Assembly (NCBI GenBank): GCA_023920165.1
Contig: CP089274.1
Location: 5,580,001-5,644,000, forward strand
From: Curvularia clavata
Lineage: Eukaryota
DNA length: 64,000 nt
Direction of reading: 5' to 3'
Position numbers and translations under genes: made by a program. Positions 54,691 to 64,000 of this stretch are shown one piece after another. The notes under the pieces were generated by a model. That model was given only the letters and a program-made list of their open reading frames with translations. It ran no database searches and had not been told where the DNA came from. Position 1 is the stretch's first letter. Each line of letters starts with the position of its first letter.

Positions 54691-54826
54691 CGAGAGTTGA
54701 CCCATCGTTGGACTGTAAGAAGCCCTAACACCACTAACCCGAAACCACAAAGATGGTTGTTGGAATCGTAAATTCGACTCTATATATATATCCGAAATTT
54801 CATATCAAAAATCATTCCAAGCAAAT

Positions 54827-56056
54827 CTATGCTACACTATTGGTGACCTCAACAAACTTTTCCCACTCCTTGTAAGCCGTTCCGCTCGAGATGGCCCACT
54901 TTGCTCTCCGAACACCCTCTTTCCAGCGTCCACCGCCAGGTCCAACCTCTTTGATGACATTGCCATCATCTCCATCGCCCATGTTGCTCGTGTCAGCATC
55001 GCAAATGCCGCTTACAACGAACAGGGCTGCAGTGTTGATGTAGACGAAATGCAGGATTGGATCTTCCGGAGGCACCTCGCCGGACAAAATCTTCATCAGA
55101 ATCTTGGCATTGATCTCTGGAGACTGCCCTGGGCTGACTTCGCTGAGAGGGTGCTCAGGGAGACCAAAGTCGGCAGGACTGACGGTGAAGTAGTTGATAT
55201 CGACTTGACCAGTTGACGCATTTTCGACTAGACGCCAGCAGTGAGTTGGCCCGGCGCACGACAACTCGTCCAGTTCCTCGTCACCGCAAATGATCATGCC
55301 CTTCTTGCATCCAGATTGCCTGAGGGACTCGGCAAAGTCTGGTCCAATCTCTTTCCTAGCTACACCCAACAAGCGGGCCTCGATCAAATCGTGGAGGGGA
55401 TTCGCCAGCGGTCCGAGTAGGTTGAAAATGGTGCGCCAACCCAGCTGCCTTCGGATGGAAGCGGCATGCCTAGCACCAGGATGAAAAATGGGGGCGAACA
55501 AGAAGGCGTAGTTGGTCTTGGAGTAGATTTCGTGAATGGTTTTGGGGGTGATGGCTGTGATGACAGGGGCCTTTGGTGGTGTACAGGCAAGGAGATCTGC
55601 AGAGCCAGACCGTGATGTAGATGCTTTGTTGCCGTGCTTTGCAATCATCAAGAGAGAACTTGCCAGGATAGAAGAGGTGGTGCTAATGTTGAACGTGTTG
55701 TGCGAGTCGCCTCCGGTGCCCACTATATCGCACAAGCCTCCTTGATATCCTCCTTCTTTTCGCCCCCGTTTAGCAATGAGCTCTCGCAGGCCCTCAACGT
55801 CCATGGTGGTTGCAAAGTCACGCATGGCCTTGGAGCATTTGGCCAGCACTTCAGCCTGTCTGTCCTGGTCTGTAAAGTGAAGACATGTTAATAGGGCTCC
55901 CGTCTGGACCTCTGAGAGACTGTTGGTAAAGATCAAGGCGAGTGCGGCCGCAATCTCGTCAGCGGTCGGCTTGGTAGCGGGAGACTCATGCCAGAGACGT
56001 TTGAGGAGTGGCGTAATGGACGTCTTCTGGTCCTCGTCGCCAGCTTCCGTAGCCAT
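54827..56056 (-). CDS. trp4: Anthranilate phosphoribosyltransferase
   Basis: DIVGTGGDSHNTFNIST, KHGNKASTSRSGSADLL, FLFAPIFHP, RTIFNLLGPLANP, LDELS. Confidence 0.97.
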   Translation of the reverse strand: MATEAGDEDQKTSITPLLKRLWHESPATKPTADEIAAALALIFTNSLSEVQTGALLTCLHFTDQDRQAEVLAKCSKAMRDFATTMDVEGLRELIAKRGRKEGGYQGGLCDIVGTGGDSHNTFNISTTSSILASSLLMIAKHGNKASTSRSGSADLLACTPPKAPVITAITPKTIHEIYSKTNYAFLFAPIFHPGARHAASIRRQLGWRTIFNLLGPLANPLHDLIEARLLGVARKEIGPDFAESLRQSGCKKGMIICGDEELDELSCAGPTHCWRLVENASTGQVDINYFTVSPADFGLPEHPLSEVSPGQSPEINAKILMKILSGEVPPEDPILHFVYINTAALFVVSGICDADTSNMGDGDDGNVIKEVGPGGGRWKEGVRRAKWAISSGTAYKEWEKFVEVTNSVA

Positions 56057-56226
56057 GGCAGGATGGATTTATAGGCGAGCCGGCGGGGTAGACTGGCGGG
56101 GCAGTGGCGTTGCTGGTGAGTGTGTATTCCAGGCTGTGTGACAGTGTGTCACTGGGAGGACCTGAATTGGGATGCCGGCGTCAATTGCAAGACCAATTGC
56201 TGAACCTCGAATGTGTCCGTATTGGT

Positions 56227-56355
56227 TGAGTCATGCTCTGGCACCACCAGGCACAGGACGGCAGGGTCTTGAGATGTGCTGCACAATGACGGGCCCCACT
56301 ACGCTAGTGCACACATGCTAGCGCGCCAAGAATCTTCAAATTCTCGACTCATCGC
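56227..56355. promoter_or_regulatory. Bidirectional trp4/mak21 promoter with a Gcn4/CpcA site and a PAC element
   Basis: TGAGTCAT at 56227-56234 (ATGACTCA on the minus strand, nearer trp4); CTCATCGC (= GCGATGAG, PAC) at 56348-56355, nearer the ribosome-biogenesis gene mak21. Confidence 0.6.
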
Positions 56356-56451
56356 CGGCGAGCGCCTCCATCTTTTCGCGGTCGTGACGGGTCAGAGTAT
56401 TTTCTCTGACGGACCTTGCAGCTCCTCCGCGCGCGACGCCGATCAAATCAA

Positions 56452-59175
56452 ATGGGGAAGAAGCGAACCCATGCCGAGACCAAGGATGGCTTTGCGAAGC
56501 CCTCGCCGGACAAGAGCCGGGTGAGCGCGAAAGACCAGAAGAAGGAACAGAAGAAGCCGCACTCGCAATCGCAGCTTGTATGCGCCCTGTCACAGAAAGA
56601 ACTGTTTATACTGGATCGCCTTGCTAACGCGCCTCAGCTGATTAAACCGCAGCCAGAATGGCATACCATCGAGCTCCCAGAACTCCCTACTATCGACAAT
56701 CCTACCATCCCGCCGCGTTACACCATTGATGCGCTCCTCGACTATGCCAATCAACTCCTTGAGGCCGAGGCCAAGGAGTATGCAGCCTCTCACCTCGCAA
56801 AGGACTCGTCGCACAAGTTCATGGCTACCGTCATGGAGTCGGGTACCATGGAGGACAAGGTGTCTGCGCTGACGCTGTTGGTCCAGGAGTCGCCGTTGCA
56901 CACGCAAAAGGCTTTTGGCCAGCTCATGGGTCTATCGCAGAAGAAGAGCAGGAACGCTGCCATGCAGGCTTTGGCTGCGCTAAAGGATCTGCTCGGCCAG
57001 GGTGTCCTCCTTCCACCGGACCGAAAGCTCAAGGCTTTTGCGCGACAGCCAGCCCTCATCTCTGCGCTACAGGGAAAGAACGCGAACTGGAAGACGGGCG
57101 AAAAGCTCCCGGGAAACCTGCAAAAGACGCACCTGATTGTGTGGGCGTTTGAGGACTGGCTCAAGAAGCAATACTTTGAGCTGCTGAAAATTCTCGAGGC
57201 ATGGTCCAATGACGAGGTCGAATTCTCGCGCAACCGCGCTGTTACATATGTCTGGGAGCTACTCAAAGAAAAACCAGAACAGGAGGAGAACCTTCTGCGA
57301 CTGCTCATCAACAAGCTTGGAGACAAGGAGAAGAAGGTTGCATCCAGGGCATCGTATCTACTGCTCCAGCTCCAAAACACCCACCCGCTTATGAAGAGCG
57401 TCATCATCAGCTCTATCGAGTCCGATCTTCTCTTCCGACCGAACCAGAGTGGAGTCGCCAAGTACTACGCGGTGATCACGCTCAACCAGACCGTTCTTAG
57501 CACCAAGGAGCCTGATGTGGCTAACAAGCTATTGGAAATCTACTTCAGCCTCTTTTTGGGCCTACTGAAGAAGCAAAAGGAACATGAAAAGGAGGAAAAA
57601 CGTGTGAACAAGCACGGCGCCGTCCAGGGAGGTGGTGGTAAGCCCGGAAAGATGGCCAAGCGCAAGGCTGAAAAGGCGGCTACCATGGCTTTCAAAGTCG
57701 AGGACGAGTCGCGAGAGAAGCTCATCTCGGCCATCCTGACGGGCGTCAACCGCGCATTTCCCTTCGCCAAGACTGACGACGCAAAGTTTGAGGACCAGCT
57801 GAACATGATATTCGAAGTGACGCACTCTTCCAACTTCAACACCAGTATCCAGGCCATGACGCTCATTCAGCAGATTTCGGCTACCAAGCATTACTCTGCT
57901 GACCGCTTCTACCGTACGCTATACGAGTCGCTTCTGGACCCACGCCTCATGACGACCTCCAAGCACATCATGTTCCTAAATTTGCTTTACAGGTCGCTCA
58001 AGGCTGATACCAGCATCAAGCGGGTCAAGGCTTTTGTAAAGCGCTTGCTCCAGACCATCCACCTGCACGAGCCTCCATTCATTTGCGGTGTGCTGTATCT
58101 TGTGAATGAGATGATCAACACCTTCCCGAGCATCAAATCTATGCTCTCCACACCAGAAGACCATGCTGACGATAGTGGTGACGAACATTATGAAGACGTT
58201 GACGAGGACAAGGAGCCAACGAACAAGAAGGGAGAGGACGAGAAATCTACAGCACCGGCCTACGATTCCCGAAAACGAGACCCAGAACACGCAAGAGCCG
58301 ATCTGTCTTGCTTATGGGAGTTACTGCCGCTGCAAGCACACTACCACCCCTCAGTTCATGTGTTGGCCTCTAAGATTGTGAACCAAGAACCCATCAAGGA
58401 GAAGCCAGACCCAACCATCTACACGCTGATGAACTTCCTCGACAAGTTCTCTTTCAAGAATGCAAAGTCCAAGTCTTCAGGAGTTCACGGCACATCTATC
58501 ATGCAGCCCATGGCTGGCACCTCCAAGGCGGCATCTTACCTCATTACTACGCGCGATGGCGACCGGACGCACGACCCGCTCAACTCGGAGCAGTTCTGGC
58601 GTCGCAAGGTTGACGAAGTGCGAGATGACGAAGTCTTCTTCCACACATACTTTGAGAAGTCTGGCAAAGCCAAGCAGGCGGAGAAGAAGACTAAGAAGAA
58701 CCGCAAGAAGGACGACAGCGAGGACAGTGCTGACGATGAGGAGGTTTGGAAGGCACTTGTCAAGAGCCGACCCGAAGTCGAAGGGGATGGTGGTGATGAC
58801 GACGATCTCAGTGACTTTGACATGGACGACATGATGAGTGACGACGACGAGGCAGGTGGCATGGATGGTGGTGTTGAGCTGAACCTGGGTAGTGATGATG
58901 ATGGAGAAGAAGAGGACATGGATGTTGGTGGCCAGCATGGTGCTGGTTCCGACGATGACGACGGGTTTGAAAACTTTGACCTTGATGACGAGGACGCATT
59001 CATGGACAGTGATGCGGATATCCCGGTTGACCTCGACATGGACGAGGCCGAAGGCGAGGGCGACAAGAAAGACAAGGATGGCCGCAAGAGCAAGAAGAGG
59101 AAGCTCAAGAACCTGCCTACATTTGCTTCTGCGGACGACTACGCGAAGCTTCTTGCTGATGATGACAGCGAGTAG
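56452..59175 (+). CDS. mak21: 60S biogenesis protein Mak21/Noc1 (CBF/CEBPZ family); 60-nt intron 56578-56637
   Basis: SGTMEDKVSALTLLVQESPLH, KPEQEENLLRLLINKLGD, LTGVNRAFPF, DRFYRTLYESLLD, YDSRKRDP, HYHPSV, acidic tail ending LPTFASADDYA. Confidence 0.95.
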   Translation: MGKKRTHAETKDGFAKPSPDKSRVSAKDQKKEQKKPHSQSQLVCALSQKELFILDRLANAPQLIKPQPEWHTIELPELPTIDNPTIPPRYTIDALLDYANQLLEAEAKEYAASHLAKDSSHKFMATVMESGTMEDKVSALTLLVQESPLHTQKAFGQLMGLSQKKSRNAAMQALAALKDLLGQGVLLPPDRKLKAFARQPALISALQGKNANWKTGEKLPGNLQKTHLIVWAFEDWLKKQYFELLKILEAWSNDEVEFSRNRAVTYVWELLKEKPEQEENLLRLLINKLGDKEKKVASRASYLLLQLQNTHPLMKSVIISSIESDLLFRPNQSGVAKYYAVITLNQTVLSTKEPDVANKLLEIYFSLFLGLLKKQKEHEKEEKRVNKHGAVQGGGGKPGKMAKRKAEKAATMAFKVEDESREKLISAILTGVNRAFPFAKTDDAKFEDQLNMIFEVTHSSNFNTSIQAMTLIQQISATKHYSADRFYRTLYESLLDPRLMTTSKHIMFLNLLYRSLKADTSIKRVKAFVKRLLQTIHLHEPPFICGVLYLVNEMINTFPSIKSMLSTPEDHADDSGDEHYEDVDEDKEPTNKKGEDEKSTAPAYDSRKRDPEHARADLSCLWELLPLQAHYHPSVHVLASKIVNQEPIKEKPDPTIYTLMNFLDKFSFKNAKSKSSGVHGTSIMQPMAGTSKAASYLITTRDGDRTHDPLNSEQFWRRKVDEVRDDEVFFHTYFEKSGKAKQAEKKTKKNRKKDDSEDSADDEEVWKALVKSRPEVEGDGGDDDDLSDFDMDDMMSDDDEAGGMDGGVELNLGSDDDGEEEDMDVGGQHGAGSDDDDGFENFDLDDEDAFMDSDADIPVDLDMDEAEGEGDKKDKDGRKSKKRKLKNLPTFASADDYAKLLADDDSE

Positions 59176-61700
59176 TCGAGTGGTTCTAGTGGTTGTAAAA
59201 GCGAAGCAGGTATTGCTACGTGAGGCTCATGTACTGCTGTCCCAGTGGCGTTTTATCCGATTGTCAATGGTTTGAGTTTTTATTGTAGATATCCCATACG
59301 CTTGTAATGGACAATTCCGAGGACGAAAAACTCTCCTCCTGTACCCTGTAACCTTTGCCATTCTACTTTCCTGACGTGCTTTGTCGTATAGTATACCTTT
59401 TGTTTTTTTATTACGTTTCTTCATCTATGCTCCATGCACTGTTTCCAGAAGCGTGGGTAAACTGCTGTGAAACGTGAAATACGTCAGTCTTGCTTTCGCC
59501 GCATACTAGAGAAACTTTCAGAAACGAAACGAATGAGTAAAGTTTGGAAACAATGCACGTTCCTCTTTCCAGCGGCTTCGTCACATGGTCTTTGGCGCAC
59601 AGATTTCGCGTAGACAATGGTCGGGTCTGGTCCCCGTGTGTACATGGTGTGTGACCTGAATGTCAATTGATATGGTAACGCATGACACATTTCGACTCCT
59701 TCCAAAGGGATGTGCAAACCAGCATTCCATGGTACTGGTGATCCTATGATCCTGACAGTTGATGTGCTGAAAGGTTCCTTACACCCTCGTTCGTCGATCG
59801 TGATTTTCTTTTGCTTTTAGCGATGATCCAAAGACTCATCGCCAATCTTGAACTCAAATGGCTAGACAAAGTGCAGTGATATTGAGGTAAGGAATGAGAG
59901 TTTTGCAACTTCTGCTAGCAAAAGAAGATGAAAAGTTGCAGGGTAAAATGCACACGGCACGGCTCTAGGTGATGAATCAAGAAGTGTCTGGAATACGAGA
60001 ACCCTCTCGCATGTGTCCCTTTTTTCTTGCTTCTTTTTCGTAGTCTACCGCTTATGGGTCTCTTTGTTTGTCTCTTGCAGTGGGCTGTTGCTTACGGTTG
60101 GTCAGCGCCACCTGTAAATAAATCTTACGTTGTTGATGGGGAGCATCGCTGATGGAATCACAATGTCCAAAATAAAGCAGAATGAGGCAGCGCTGGTTGA
60201 GCGACTGCGCCCATGAGGCGATGTAACATTTGTGAGACAGGCTGGGAGACTGGAGAGGTTGGAAAGACGCTAATCCAGCCACAAACTAGCCGAGTTTCCC
60301 AGCCCACAGGCCCAACCATTTTGTTTCAGTAGAAGGATGCAGTGTTTTTCGTCACAAAGCGTGTCTAGCAAGCACGCAAGCAAGCAAGCACACAGTGCTG
60401 TCAGCCAACTCGCGGCGTGAGGGTGCACGCATCGCTCAGGAGACGATGCAGGCCAAGACGCCCATCGGTCCACTCGACGCATAGCATTCCAGCATTTCGC
60501 TTCGCGCGAACCCGAGACCAGACCAAAACCAGCGTCGACTCCCGCTCCAGCCCCCTGGCTGAGCCCCTGCGCAGCCCACTCGACTCTTGCCATACGAAGT
60601 ACACGAGATCACGCCGCCGAGCCTAATTTTAGAAGGCCAGCAAATGTCGAGGACGCGTAATGCAGCAACGGCGGCTTTTGCAATGGCCATAGACGCACCG
60701 TTCTCAAGCACCAGCGGGATTCGCAGCACTAGAAGCAGGCAAACATGACAGCCACGTCCGCGGCATGCTATCGATTATGCATGGGGAGATCGACAGGCCT
60801 GTGTGTCGTTGGAGGCAGGAAACGTTGGGGGAATCGAGGGGGCGCGCCGTTTGACGTTTGGCCGGTGCACGAGCAGAGCATTGAGGGTGGAAAAATTGCC
60901 ATGTAAAAAGTGGAGATGCGGTACGGGGGCCGGCAGAAGGATTGATGGGGGAAATGACGACAGAATGCGCATTGTTTCTGCGGGAACCCGCTCCGTCTGT
61001 GGTGGTATGCTACGACCAACCGAAGGTGCTAGATGCGACATGTTTCTAAACGTAGGCGAGAGGCGAGGCTGGACACAGCTCAGCAGCAGACGCCTGACGC
61101 TCTCGTACGAAATGGCGCAATCGGGCGGCGGCTCCTCTGCATGGGCAGCTGGGTTGACGAGGACAGCGACGACGAGCACAGTGGGACCAGCTCTCTCTCT
61201 TGATGACCGACGGACTCGGGGCAGCTATACTCAGCGGTGGGAGATATATGGCGATCAGCGTGGGTGTGGATAGGTCAGAATCAATAAAAAATTATGTCCG
61301 CTACCACAACGGACACGAAACAGTGTGGCTACAAACGGCACCCCAGCCATTGGCTGCACAGGGCGCTAGCCACCTGACGGGAAAGGCGCTGGGCGACTCC
61401 GGGTTAGCGTCGAGATGGCTGGTTGCCTGGTTACGGTGGCGCGGACACGGGCCCGGGGCTAGCGTGCCTTGCATGCTTGTTTCTTAGCAGCGGGTGAAGA
61501 CAACGAGAGGCAATAAAAGGAGGGCGCGTCACGGACAGAGCATCAATTTCTCTCCTCATCCTCTTATCGCACCAGTCGCTACTCGTCCTAATCTCTATTA
61601 CGACCCTACCCTCTTGGTCATAGCCCATCGCTCAAAGACGCGTCTCTAATAAAAAAAACCAAACACCACCACTACCAATCCTAATCCCAACACTGCCAAA

Positions 61701-62303
61701 ATGCGCGCCTCCATCTTCGTCTCTGCTGCTGCTTTCGCCGTTGCTTCGGCTCAGGTACGCACGCCCTTCATCCCCAATTGCCTCTGACGCACGTCCTAAC
61801 ATGATTCGCAGAGCTCCTCTCCCTCTCCATCTGTGGACCCTGCTCCCCAGACTGCCTACCTCACCCAGACCAACTCTCTGGGTGTCGTGACTGGCATGCC
61901 TGCCGTCGACAGCTCCATTGCCCAGCAGCCCGACGCCGTTACCGACCAGCCTGCTGTTGTCACCTCTCAGCCTGTCCCCGCTGACATCCCTGCTGTCGGC
62001 TCTGGCATCTACACTCTGCTCCTTCCTGGAACCGGCAGCAGCTTCAACCAGACCCGCACTGTCACCGTCAGCGCCAACAACAGCACCACTCTGCTCCTTG
62101 CTCCTGCCACCACCTCCGGTGCTGGCGCCACCGGCTCTGGCTCTGGCTCCAACCCCTCCAGGACCGGTGCTGGTGCCAGCGGATCTGACGCCACCCGCAG
62201 TGGCACTGGCGCCAGCGCCAGCTCCACTGGTGCCGCTTCCAACGTCAAGGCTGCTGCTGGCAGCCTCGTCGGCTTTGGTGCTTTCATGGCTGCCTTCCTG
62301 TAA
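61701..62303 (+). CDS. Secreted Ser/Thr/Gly-rich, probably GPI-anchored cell-wall protein; intron 61755-61811
   Basis: Signal peptide MRASIFVSAAAFAVASAQ, S/T/G-rich stalk, hydrophobic C-terminus STGAASNVKAAAGSLVGFGAFMAAFL. Confidence 0.85.
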
Positions 62304-62768
62304 GCGTTTGCCTGAAGCCATGACCTTTGTTTTGCCTGTTCCTCGGGGGGGTTAGTTCTTGTTATGTTCGGAGATAATGTCCTTAAAGATACCTTGGGTC
62401 TTGCATCAGCATATGTACTGCATTGCCAAAACGTTTTCGGCGCCTAGCACTGGCATGTGCTCGCATGGATTGGAATTTTAATGCCTTTTACGACGTGGGA
62501 CATGGTGGTTATTGACGAGCCATGTGGTATACCCTGCGTGTTTAGTTTGCGTCCTTTTGATACTCGATAGCTTAGTGTAGAATCCGAATCCAAACCATCA
62601 AACACTTACTACCCAAGGTTCCAATATGCTTTTTTGTTCCATGGTCGTACCAGGGCTAGCGCAATGCCAACGGTGATGCAGGAACCTAAACACACATACC
62701 TCTCCCCCGCAAAACTAACGCTCCCCATTTCTGAGCCAGATCCAAAAGCCCCCCCTCAAAAAAAAACA

Positions 62769-63764
62769 ATGGCGTCCGGCACATCCCCCTGGACGCTCAA
62801 GCACCTCGCTTCGGTGCCTTATAGCGATCCCCCGAGCCGCCTCCGCACGCTCGATATCTGGTTGCCGCAGCCACCAGCTGGCTCTAGTCCATCACCACCC
62901 GACTCAGGCATATGGCTAGTTTACGTCCACGGCGGCGCCTGGCGCGACCCGCTCAAAGACTCGCACTGCATTGAGCCGGCGCTGTCACACCTCTCATCAT
63001 CGTCATCGTCAGATGCAGGAACAACACTCGACCACGTCGTGGGCGTCGCCAGCCTCAACTACCGTCTCTCGCCTTACCCCTCGCACCCCTCGCACCCCAG
63101 CGACCCCAACGACGCAGAGCGCTGCGCTCGACACCCTACCCATGTGCGCGACGTAGCACAGGGGCTGCGTTTCCTGCAGCGCCAGCACGGCATGAAGCGC
63201 TGGATCGGCATTGGACACTCCTGCGGCGCGACGCTTCTCTCGCAACTGGTTTCAGGCATTGGGCTGGATGAGCAAGGCGGAGGAGCCACGTCTTTTACGG
63301 GCGGACCAGAGGCCCTGATCCTGCTCGAGGGCATTTACAATATCCCCCTGATGCTGAAGAACCACTCACCACCCGCGTGTCCTCAGAATATCGCCGACAT
63401 CTACAAGACATTTGTGGCCGAAGCGTTTGGGGATAACAATGACGACGGGGCGACGTATCTTGCTGTCTCGCCCGTGTCTGGAAAGTACAATGTGCAGCAG
63501 TGGCCCGAGGGCAGACTGCTCGTCCTGTGCCACAGCTACGAGGACGAATTGGTGGAGCGCGCACAGCGAGATGTCATGTGTGTTGCGCTGGATAGGGAGG
63601 GGTGGAGCATCGTCATGGAGGTTGGCGACGAGGAAGATGAGGTCAGGGCCGAGGGCAGAAGAGTCCTCAACGTAAGGGACCTGCAGGGTCTCCACGATTG
63701 GATTTGGGAGGACGGGAAGCAAATTGCTACCCTGATTCTCGATGTTGTGCAACGCTTAATATGA
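62769..63764 (+). CDS. Kynurenine formamidase-like alpha/beta hydrolase (Bna7-like)
   Basis: VYVHGGAWRDP, SLNYRLSPYP, HPTHVRDV, nucleophile GHSCG, EGIYNIP, HSYEDELV. Confidence 0.85.
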   Translation: MASGTSPWTLKHLASVPYSDPPSRLRTLDIWLPQPPAGSSPSPPDSGIWLVYVHGGAWRDPLKDSHCIEPALSHLSSSSSSDAGTTLDHVVGVASLNYRLSPYPSHPSHPSDPNDAERCARHPTHVRDVAQGLRFLQRQHGMKRWIGIGHSCGATLLSQLVSGIGLDEQGGGATSFTGGPEALILLEGIYNIPLMLKNHSPPACPQNIADIYKTFVAEAFGDNNDDGATYLAVSPVSGKYNVQQWPEGRLLVLCHSYEDELVERAQRDVMCVALDREGWSIVMEVGDEEDEVRAEGRRVLNVRDLQGLHDWIWEDGKQIATLILDVVQRLI

Positions 63765-64000
63765 GGGCATTGAATAGAGAACAGGAAAAAAAGATTATAG
63801 AAGAATCATATCAGAAGCATACCTGAAGAAGAGTATGGATGTATTGCCTCCAGGTCCTTTCGCTTGCCCTATTGAGATCCTTTATTAGCACAACAAATGT
63901 TGGAGTCGTGATGCAGGAAAACCAAGACGCTTTTGGGGATCCTTTTTTTTTGCTAGCCCATATCCGATAACCCAAATGCAATCGCTTGGTCGCTCATGTT

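Noticed and set aside
56416..56637. Mak21 as a single 919-aa ORF
   Set aside because: The likely start is ATG 56452, and 56578-56637 is a canonical 60-nt intron that happens to be in frame and stop-free.

Overview
Intron-containing fungal genomic DNA (filamentous ascomycete; probably Dothideomycetes, inferred from gene style). Left end: a homogentisate/phenylacetate catabolic cluster (5' end of hmgA, divergent fahA, CYP504 phacA), then housekeeping genes arf1, mob2, leo1, a beta-hydroxyacid dehydrogenase and thr4. About 14.6-25 kb is an accessory-looking island with an intact 5-exon cellular reverse transcriptase gene (rvt), two tandem paralogues with a PD-(D/E)xK nuclease-like motif (one intact, one E->K) and a small C2H2-finger gene. 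Next come a PTH11-like membrane protein, pkc1, cwf19, npa3/GPN1, an Nrg1/CSP-1-like C2H2 factor, mutated Ty3/Gypsy relics, trp4, mak21, a GPI-anchored wall protein and a kynurenine formamidase. The strongest feature not explained by any ORF is a ~1.9 kb minus-strand non-coding unit (about 43440->41545). It has six nested long-range end-to-end helices, a TTAGGG-type template next to a boundary hairpin, and a 3' splice-donor/branch-point arrangement, so it is a candidate telomerase RNA gene. All calls come from reading the sequence by eye; no searches were run.
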